This document shows positions 34,633 through 44,569 of a stretch of 44,569 nucleotides of DNA, piece by piece. The stretch's first letter is position 1. Every line of letters starts with the position of its first letter. The stretch comes from Dimargaris cristalligena. Its lineage: Eukaryota. The stretch covers positions 1 through 44,569 of the forward strand of contig ML002307.1 in the NCBI GenBank assembly GCA_003614675.1, in the 5' to 3' direction. Below the pieces are notes generated by a model. The model saw nothing but the letters and a program-made list of their open reading frames with translations, made no database searches and had not been told where the DNA came from. The position numbers were made by a program, and so were the translations under genes.

Positions 34633-37600
34633 AATCATGGCAGTGCAAGCCGCATCCTGTTAAACATCCCTCTAGCCCCCCCTCCCTTAACGCATGCATG
34701 TGTGGCCAAGTTAATGGATACCTTTTTTACGCTCGTCTACTTTGAGTCATTCTTAATGGACGGGGGAGTACGCGAGGTATAGTATACTACGAATACAATT
34801 GCCTATTTCAATCCAACCTTGGTGGTCCGGCCGAGAGAACCGCGGTATCGTGGTGGTGAGAAAAAATGAGGCTCGTCAAATGACAGACCGACCCACGAAG
34901 GAGAGAAGACCAAGGACCATTGCTAGTGGATAAAATTATGCGACCCATTCACGCAAGAGGAGAGTTGGGATTTGTCCAAAGGGCACGCACCCCTCTCTCT
35001 CTCTTACTCCCTCTCACTCTCTATTCCCCTCTTTCCTAAATAATTAGTAACAAAGGGTTAGGGGGAGGCGTATTCGAAGATGAATCGCAGCGTTCCTCTT
35101 ACCTTTGGAGCTGCTTTATCACTCGGCTCTTCTTTTTTATTCGCCACTTATTAGGCCCGCATGTTCGCGTAATCGACTATTTATGGTATACCTCTACCAG
35201 ATGGGTGCTGGGCTGAGGAATGGCCCAAATTTGATGAAATGAATAAGGGGTGCCAAGTCTCGAATAACGGTGGCTCGTTTTGGCATTGCGGGCTAAAATA
35301 TAAACCAATAAATCCTGCGCGGACATTCTGGAAAGTTGGTGTAACTACTGTTATTTTGGTTTCCTTCGCAGTAAACGACGGATATAGGCCCGTACCATAC
35401 CCGCCTAATGAATCCAGTGAGGGGGGCATCGATTATTATTAGGTGTGGCGGTTGGGTAAAGTAGAGCGGTGGTGGTAGGTGGCACATCCTCCACTCTCCT
35501 TGTCCCCCAAATGTTTGAATTCGCTTGATATAAAGTGCACCACACCTCTAGAGCCAATCCCAGTACCTTACAGTCTGCGCCGGTAGCCGATGGGAAGTAC
35601 TTTGGACGATTGGTTTAAGCCCATGGTGTCTGTTCGGCGATATCACCTGCTTATTGGATCAATACCGCATGGGTGAAGGGTAAGGAAAGCAGCCAAGCAA
35701 CTGGCACGTCGAATCAGAACTATACCAGCATCCCATCCACCAATATACAAGGGTGCCCAAGAGAAACTTACCGACAACCAATAGTATAGTCCTATCAGCC
35801 TGGCGTGCGCTCAGGGCCCATGCGGAGTGGAACATGTAAAGTAAAGCAGTTTTACCCACTGGAAATGTACTTCTTCGGATGAATTAGGAGAGGAGGGTTT
35901 CCAAAGAGGCGATAGAAGAGTACTAGGAGGCTTCACCACCCCCACATTAGGTGGCTAAATGACAGATTGGTAGAAACATATACATGCCGGTCGGTGTCGA
36001 AGTGCGTGTTTGAAGGTCTCCCGCAGGGTCTCACCGAGTTGCAGTACCCCTTCCCCGTCCACCCCATACCCACGCGAATACTACCTATTGAAATACACTT
36101 GTTTTCCAAAAAAAAACAAAAAACTACCGACACGTCGTCTATTAACGCAGGGTTAGCAAACCTTTCTACTTATCAAACTATCGTGTGCCCAAATTATTTT
36201 GCAGAACTTTGTGAGAGAAAAGGGGGACGAGACTGTGATTTCCCTCGCTCACTCTATCTCTTCATCACTTTCTCTTTGGCCCACCCACCCAATTAGGCTA
36301 TTATCTCAGATGAATTATGAATCCTGACCACTCGGATGAGTGTATGTCAACACGTTGACCCCAAGGATTCCTCCGAATGGTCCATTTGATCCATAGCCTG
36401 ACGACCCGTTTGGCTTAGCCGGTGGGTGACGAATTAAGGATATAGAAAGACTGAGGAGGAGTGGGGATGGCGTTCCGCCTGATGCGGTGTATAATAGCCG
36501 CCTTCCGTACGGATACACTTGTGACTAGCGAGGCGGGGCGAAACTCCGGGCTATATAATTTTATGTAGATACGAAAAGGCGATGACTAAATGGGCCATGA
36601 TTGATAAAGATGGGTGGAAAGAGTCCAAGGATCAATTACAATTATGACACCCACCAAGTCGCGTAGTATTGGAGGGGGCATTTTATCCGGCAAGGGAATA
36701 AAATTAAAGGGCCCCCTTGATATAGTAAATTACTACACTGTAGGTTTCAGTCATTTTCATACGAGATTATCCTTCCCTTTTGAGGAATTAGCCAGGGAAT
36801 ATATGTTGCCGGTGTGATCAACGTATCGTCTGATTCTATGGTTAGCTTAGATGTATAACTTAGTGTACATTACACCCAAGATTTAGCGCGACTGTGCTGC
36901 CGGGATAGCGGGGGTGCACACGTGTGGACTGTGCATCCCAGCCATTGGTTTACTCTAGCAGACCAATTAATGGGACGAATGTGACAAGCGGCGGCGGTCA
37001 AGGGTTTTGGGAGACTAGTAGGGTCTAAATAAGTAAACGCTGCCATTTACCCATTATGGCATTATGATGCACGTCGGAGAGAGGCATGCCTCACATGGAT
37101 TGACCGCGGCCCAGACGCGGGAATACTTTTTCCCCAAGGTAAATCCGCTCGAGTGCGGGTGAGACGGAATTAAGGTTGCAATCCCGATGCCGCTCTAATG
37201 TGTCCCGCAGGTGGCAAGTAGGCTTGCATAAATCCTTCCCGCTTTTCCGACCCATGGCGTCAGTTGGGCTAGCCCAAAGCCATGCACAGTGACGGAAGAC
37301 CCAGTCACACTATCCCCCCTAGGTCGCTGTCATCGGGGCCCGGTTGAGCTAAATTGAACGGGGTTAACAGGGGGAGGAAGGAGAGGGTGGGGGAGGGCGG
37401 TAGACTGTAAAAGCCAAGGTGTCGCCAACTAATGCATAACCAGGTCGCGCGTACCGACACATGTGGAATACTAACAGGCTCACCCAGCTGCATTCACCAG
37501 TTGGCCCAGCTACCCAATGATCCGGATCGGAAATGTATAAGTGAAGGCATGGTTCGTTTAATACCTGATGTTTTAATACTTGTACATCCTTTGCCATACC

Positions 37601-40600
37601 TTGGCCGATCCAAAGAAACCATTCGGCCCACACTGTTAAACAATGCCTATTGGCCACTGCCAATGACTTAAAATATGGGTGAAATCCAGCTCAGCTCTAT
37701 AGAATTCCAAATGATAGATGTATTGACAAATAGGCGAAATTCATTTTTAACCAATAGCGCATGTACTACCCCAAATACTCTACTTTATACAGGCTGATTG
37801 AAACTCTACCGTATAATAAACTTAAAGAATTTTACAACGGTATACCATTGATCTGTTCACTTAGAGGGACCTCTCCATATTATATCATACATGTGAATTG
37901 CTCCTGTATCACCCTTCGATTGGAAGCTTGTGAAGTCAACGAATTAGAGGGCCAATATTATCATTTCTAAATATTTGCTGCCATGTGAACCACAGGTACT
38001 ACCCTCAAAAACAGGAGCTGTTGAAAGCTAACAGGTACTCTCTACTCTAGAACATGGTCCTGCTGTTGAATGATTTGTTCGCATCTAAGATTTCTAAAGA
38101 AGCTGAGCTGCGATTGGATCAAACCCCCTCCTGGCTGAATTACTGGTCTAAGGTTGGAGTGAGTTCTTGAGTCCACATGTGAATTAGATTGGCTATCATT
38201 GGTTGCAGCGATATTAAAATACTAATGAATCCCGACCTAGATCAATAGTCAATATTTAAAAGTAGAAATACCAATTAACGTAACTCTATACCCAAACCCA
38301 ACCTAAAAAGGAGATGCCAGATGTGGCATAGAACTATTCCCAAACCCCATCGTGCCCAGGGTAACCCACTTGGGTTTCATAGGACGACAGACCCCCCTAA
38401 TAAGCTAATTGTATAAGCTAATGTGGCAAGCCCTATTACATGCTACTAGATTGGCGCCGGGAATTTTCACCGGCCAGTTTAACTTGTCAACAGTGACTAT
38501 TGGTTCTGTGCCGTATGAATTCAATATATTTCATTCGACCTCTGTTAGAACGCGGGAAAAATGGCAAACATTGCGGGCTTGTTGTTGATCCCCTTGTTTA
38601 CTTTACCAGGTCGCGGACTATTTCCAAATACAAACTACCCGGTCGCTGCACGTCCTCTGGACAAGTGCCCAAGATAGGTCCTCCCCATATAGTGGAGGCT
38701 AAATCACCCAATGGCTTTCTGGAATCCCACCCACGCTGTTCCTCTAATCACCCAAACAATTTAAATGCAATTAAGACATGTCAAATCTTCCTAAATAAGA
38801 GTGATAGTACTTTAATGTATTTATTTTAGTGATTTTAACCTGGTAAATGTATTTTACTTGGGTATGGCAATCGAAATACTATACCAGAAACCCAGTCGGG
38901 CCAATTGGGACGTAGAAACATATTCAAGCGTACAACCGCGAGGGAAGGCGGGGACAGATTAATAGAGGGAGCTTACTCTGGAACCCACTAAAAAGATGAT
39001 TCGGTCGTTGGAGGTGGGAACTTGCATGGGCATTTCCGGGATACCGTACAAGTAGATGTGATATGCCGTGTGTACCCCAACCGAAGTTGTTCGTGTCGTG
39101 CCGGGCATATCGGTGGCAGCCCACACGTGTGTGATATGGCTTAAATTGTCCGACTGTTTCTAGACACGGGAACTGACAGTTTGGTCAACGATTGGGCTTA
39201 GTTATCGAAAACATTGCCTATTCTAACCCTATCTGATTTCTCTCGACTGTTGCAAGTAGACTCCTGGTTAAGTTTCGTTAAAGTTGTTAGTGCTTGTGTT
39301 TATGAAAGTTGACCTATTGGACTAACTTGTCTGGATGGAGTAGTTCAACGGTTTCCATTGGTCAGTGCTAGCTACATTTCCCTCCAGGCTTAGAAGTAGG
39401 ACATCCTCTGTCTCTTTTGGCTAGTGTCCTATAGGCGGGGTTGGGGGAAGAGGACATCGATAAGGAGAAGGATTGCCGACGAGACTGGCGTGTGCGACTC
39501 GGGGGGCTTTAATCCAAAATTGGCTACGTATTCACCAACCTAGATAGGGGGGACTCAACACAGCCCACTAGAATATCGATAAAATCGAAAATGTTGAAAT
39601 GTGGGCCATTTTTTCTAACTAGAGTAAAATTTGTCTCATCCTGCAACATTTTGGCTATATGGCTGATCCCAATTTCTCACATGGACATGGTCATTACGGA
39701 CTGCAGCCTGGTAATAACGCCAAGTACTATCTTAAGCAGTAGGGACTGGATGGGGTATTTAGTGTAAGTGGAGAGTCGACTTAAAATCACCTAAACCCCA
39801 AAATGGGGAAACGGGATAAAACGCCAAGTCCCCCCCCCCACAAAAAGTGTCGGTCGAATACAGCATCTCCTACCATTATTAATGGTAGAGCTTCTCGACT
39901 ATGGCCTTGAGTAGTTCCTTTATGGTCTATCCAGCCATTTGATATGGCCAGTTTTTTCTGTAGACTGGGCATTTACCAGGACCCGGGCGAGCGCACGAGG
40001 GAAGTTGGCTCTCAGGGACCGAAATGGGGCCAGGGGCTCCTACCGCTGTGGTATATATATTGGGAAAATCAGGGGGATGCCCCTAAAGTCCGATAGATAA
40101 GCCTACAACTGATGGGAAGGTAGCGAGATTGACTGAATCGATAAAGCCCAAGCACTTATAGCCATGGCGCCAAGAACACCTGTCACGCCATTGTCAGTGT
40201 TTCTCTATTAGGTCTGTTGTACCAGAACGACACCTGCCATTTCGGCAGGCTTTTTTTTGATACAGGAGGAGAGGCCTGCGCTTTACTCCTATTCGCCCCC
40301 CAAAACCCTGTGTAAGGTTTTCGAGTCGTTCAGGCTGAAACCACTCTATCTCTTCATTCTGCTTGCGTTCTATCCCCTGGCCCTTCTGTCATTAGAAACC
40401 CCCCATCTCGCCGTATTTATTCTACTGCCCTTTCTAATTGCTCCATTGGCCCTTTTGATTTCCACCTCGGCTTATTAGTGAGCCCCTTTACTAGTGCGTT
40501 TCTATCCCCGCTCCTGGGAACTGTCCACAGGTCATACGAAGGGTTCCCCTATCGCCGCACTAACCGCCGAAGCCTACAGCCGGATCGTTTCCCTATTTAC

Positions 40601-40675
40601 CACTACGGCCCGACCCGAACGCCAAGTCACTCACCCCTCCCCTACCATCGCCGCCGAGCCCACCTCTGTGCCACC

Positions 40676-42113
40676 ATGGCTTTTATGCGCAATCACCTTC
40701 TCATGCTGCTAGTGCAGGCCGTCATGACCCTCCTCTCCGCCGTGCTGCGAGTGGTAGATTACCTATCCTTCGCCGGCAACCACCTTATCCAGAGCGCCCT
40801 CTCCAGTTTGCCCAAGGGTAAACCACCCTTTCCCATTATCCTTCCGGCCCCCGGTTTCCACCCCGCCCTTTTTATCACCGGTACGAGTTCGGGGATCGGG
40901 CGCGACTTGGCCTTGGCCCTAGCCGGACACGGCTACACCGTGCTGGCGGGGGTGCGGCGCACCGAGGACGGGGACCAGTTACGCGAGCAATTCACCACGG
41001 AGAGTCAGCGGGGCAAGTACCGGGACGCCAGCCTCGCCTGGGATACTTCTCCGTCGTCCCGGGCCTCCGTCGGTCCGGGACGGATTGTGCCCCTCCTGAT
41101 TGATGTCACCTCTGACGCCTCCATGAACGCCGCCTGTCGGCAGGTCCACAGTATTATCCAGGAATACGACGTGCCGCTCGTGGGCCTGATCAACAACGCC
41201 GGCGTCAGCGGGTCCGCCCCCATGGAAATCGCCTCCCCGGGTTTTGTCAATGAGATTTTCGCCGTCAATTACCACGGGCCCGTTAAACTGACCCAGCGCC
41301 TCTTGCCCACGCTCCGTCAGAACCGGGGCCGAATCATCAACATTTCGTCCGTTGCTAGTTGGATGCCGGGCGCCGGTTTCGGGGCTTATTGTGCGAGTAA
41401 GGCCGCCCTGCGGGCGACTACCCTGTCCTGGCGACTCGAAATAGCCAAATTTGGGGTGTCCATGTCCATCATCGAACCCGGCCGCGTCCAAACGGCCCTA
41501 TGGGGCAAATTGGCCCACCAGCTCCATTTTCACCAAACTCGACTGGATAGCCTTCAGGCCACCATCCCCTCCCATACCCGCACCAGTCCCCCCCCACCGT
41601 CGGAAATCCCTCTCCCCTGGTGGAACGGCCCCGGGGCTGCAGCAACCCTCATCGACAAGTCCCGCGGACCCAGAACCGCTGACTTCCAGCGAATCCCATA
41701 CCACCGCCCTGAACGGCTACCCGGCCGCGCGGGGTGGGACTCACCGGCGGCCTAGTTCCGCGGGCCCCGACCCGTTGGCGGCATCTTTGGTCAATGGGGA
41801 CGGGGATGCTCCCACTACCTCCACCAGCAGCTCCTCCGTTATCGCAAGTGGCCCTAACGCCCCCCTAGATCCCACCCGGGCTAAGGAACTCTACCGGCCC
41901 ATATACCAGCAGATTCAAGACACGAGCCAAATGGCACCCCTCCTGTACTTCCCCACCGCCCACTGTATCGATGCCGTGGTGCACGCCCTGACGGCTAGCT
42001 TCCCGAAAGTCACCTATCGGGTGGGCTGGGATGCCCGTCTGGCCAGCATTGCATTGACCTTTCTGGGGGAGCCCTTCGTCGAATGGGTTTTCCGGTTAGC
42101 TAATGCGGCCTAA
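40676..42113 (+). CDS. Short-chain dehydrogenase/reductase (retinol dehydrogenase/BDH1/17beta-HSD-like) interrupted by a +1 frameshift, most plausibly at the C8 run 41588-41595
   Basis: gccaccATGg at 40676; N-terminal hydrophobic anchor; ITGTSSGIG, LINNAG, GRIINISS, YCASK and IIEPG in the first frame. The family-typical C-terminus VVHALTASFPKVTYRVGWDAR is in the +1 frame. Removing one base gives 478 aa. Confidence 0.88.
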
Positions 42114-43963
42114 ATCCAACCCCCTATTTCCACCACCACCACCACGAGTTCAGTTGCCCTATACTGGCCCTGCTTGGGTATGACGTTCCTCCCACTTCCT
42201 ATTATTATATCGAACTGAATTGCGACGGTGATTCAGGACATTACCTCATATCTATACAGGGGATGGCTTCTGACCCACCGGTTTATTGCTTGGCGCCCCA
42301 TATATTTCCTTTCCATGCTCGGCCGAGAATTAATAAGCTGAAGCTCCCTAGTCTGTTTAAAGCCGGTGATTCAACGTAGAGGGAACCGGACTTGCAGCAT
42401 TTTCTCCGACCAACAGCGGCCATTTGATCGATAGCTTCTATATAGGCCTGCCCCGGCAACTGGATCAGTTTTCGCTGGGTCGTTTTCCTTGAGTGCCGCT
42501 TTTCACCGCTGCATGGGCGGAAGCCGTTCACTGCACCATGGTTCTCACCAATTCCTCCAGCTGTTATTAGACCCACATCCATGATACCCCAGGTTTACTC
42601 TACACCTCTTTATGGCTCTTCACCTCCACACCCATGCGTCTTATTAGGGGCGTATTCATATAATTATCCATTATGGTCTATCCTCGACCGACCCTTGTTT
42701 TTGTATACCCCTCACTATATAGCCCATGCTGGCTGCAGTATGTATTCGCTTACCCCATTACGTCACTGTATCCATCAAGTATATTTTCCCTCACCATCTC
42801 CGTATTCCCAATAGCGACCCCACCTGGGCTTGGCAGGGCTCTATATGAAACCGGCATAGTTAGTATTATTGGCCCCACCAATGTGGTCACCCCCCTTTGT
42901 ATATCTTGAGAAATAAACAATACTCCCGTTTTTCCCGCCCTATTATCTAGAATGTTTTGTAAGGGTCTGGTGTCTGTTTAGCTGCGGGATAGCTCAGTAA
43001 TATCTGCTTAAAAGGGATGCTTGGGCGATCGTTTCATTAACCAGAACCGCCTAATCTTTAAATGGTATTGTTATCCGTCGACCAGGTAGGCGAAACACCA
43101 CTATCCAAAATCCAGATGTTACCATAGGATCATTGGATTGTCCAGCTGAGATTCCACGGTAAAACAGTGGTCGTTGTAACTGTTGACGCCGTCTTCTAGA
43201 CTTTCCCTTGAGTGATTGGGACACTTCGTGGTCAGTGTTGTACCACCGAGCCAAGTAAGTCCCTAGTGAAGGCTGCTGATAGCGGAGCGGCCCGCTATAT
43301 CGATGGCAACGATGGAATGGCGACGAATCGCCCCTACATTAGTTGGCGGCGTCATTAAGCCAATCTAACGTGAATTTCTGTTTGGAAGAAGGCTACCGGT
43401 GATGGTAATAGTTTCGACGAACATCACACTCCGTTCCACCGTACAACCACGGGCTCTGTGACAATAACTAGAAGGACGCGGCGACGGAGGGTTGAGATAC
43501 TCAATGACTCAGCGCCATGACTGTCCAACGTTTCACATCCCCTCCTTCCCAACGGTAAAAGGGAATCATAGTCAATATAAAAGAAAGGGCCCGCAGCGTC
43601 CCGTCTCTTCGATCTTTATCGCCTTGCTCATTTTTGCGCACTATTCAATGACCCGAACCCTACTCCTTTCATATCGATTAATCCTCATTTCCACCTCCTC
43701 CCCTGACCTTGTTTCTTCCTTTTTTTACCGTGCCCTCTCCCGCTTTCTGGCATCTAAAACCGCTCCAACACCTAGCCGCCCCTTATCTATTTCACCCCCA
43801 TCGTTCCGTTATCTTCGTATACCTTGCCTCTCTATCCACGCACTTGTAAACTAAAAGTGATCTTCTTTTACACTTAACAGTCTCCGACGAACTGCCCTAT
43901 ATTTCACTTTACTCCCTTCCGTTTATTTTAACGCTAGCTTGAAGAACCCTCCGCCTGTTTAAC

Positions 43964-44569
43964 ATGACTCTCGAGGAACTCGCCGTGAACCGCCCCGCCA
44001 CTATGCCGCTTCCTGCCCCGCCCACGAAATACCCGCTCACCAACACCCGACTAGCCACTTGGGCCGAGCTCAAAGACATTGTTGGTAAGTCCTTGGGCCC
44101 CTAAAACAGAGCCCCACCACCCTACTTCGTCTTTACCATGTACCTACCTGAGCTGCCGAACTTGGCCATGTTTTATAGACCCTTCGCATGGGACGACACA
44201 TGTTCAAAGTATTTCCGGCAAACCTACCTTACCCCTCTCAACCCCCGCCCGTTCGTTCCCATTGCCTACATTCGAATGTACTTGTCGACATGGATTCGTA
44301 TATATTCTAATTCCGGGCTCCGAACTATTATTACACTGCTCTAACATGCATCACTCACCTATAGAGGCGGGCCAATTGCACCTATTAAAACGCAGCCCGC
44401 CCATGCAACAGTACTACGATGTCCGTAAGAAGGAAGTGGCCCAAACCCACCCCAGCATGGCCCATTACGTGGTGGACGAACTGCTCGGCTGGTCAGAATT
44501 CCTCCCCAAATCGGCTGCCCCGAGTGCCCCCAGTAGCGCCTCCTCCTCCTCGTCGTCGTGGTCTTCCTT
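43964..44569 (+). CDS. DUF3605 / N-acetylglucosamine-induced protein Gig1-like, 5' part (runs off the window)
   Basis: Exon 1 43964-44084; intron 44085-44364 (GTAAGT..CTAAC..TAG); exon 2 from 44365 stays open to the window end. Spliced TWAELKDIVEAGQLHLLKRSP..YY..K..HPSMAHYVVDELLGW fits my recollection of the DUF3605 N-terminal pattern. Missing from the ORF track. Confidence 0.75.

Noticed and set aside
35054..35063. AGGGTTAGGG and other isolated telomere-like hexamers
   Set aside because: Single short copies, several overlapping CTAAC branch points; not telomeric arrays.
40478..40675. N-terminal extension of the SDR ORF
   Set aside because: GTG start; the ATG at 40676 has an optimal gccaccATGg context.
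1..44569. Selenoproteins, alternative genetic code, CRISPR, transposons, TPP riboswitch
   Set aside because: All gene models translate cleanly with the standard code and have no in-frame TGA. By eye I found no repeat-spacer array, RT/transposase motif, terminal repeats or riboswitch consensus.

Overview
Eukaryotic (fungal) genomic DNA. Spliceosomal GT-AG introns of 155-284 nt, pyrimidine-rich leaders and the gene content suggest an early-diverging fungus, possibly Zoopagomycota such as Dimargaris (inference). Genes I can support, in order: a small orphan ORF; an Iec1-like C2H2/AT-hook protein; PI 4-kinase PIK1; NDC80 (6 exons); MOG1 (4 exons); an Rpd3/Clr6-type class I HDAC (6 exons); a single-pass kelch membrane protein; a secreted PA-domain S8 subtilisin (probably with a hidden 25-nt first exon); a 79-aa secreted prepropeptide; phosphate transporter PHO84; an SDR split by a +1 frameshift at a C8 run; and the 5' part of a DUF3605/Gig1-like gene. 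Exon models were built by hand and checked for phase. No tRNA, rRNA, CRISPR array or recognisable transposon was seen. The best leads are the Kex2-type precursor of a 35-aa cationic peptide near the subtilisin, the frameshifted SDR, the divergent HDAC, and E-box/forkhead promoter motifs. All family calls come from motif recognition, not database searches.
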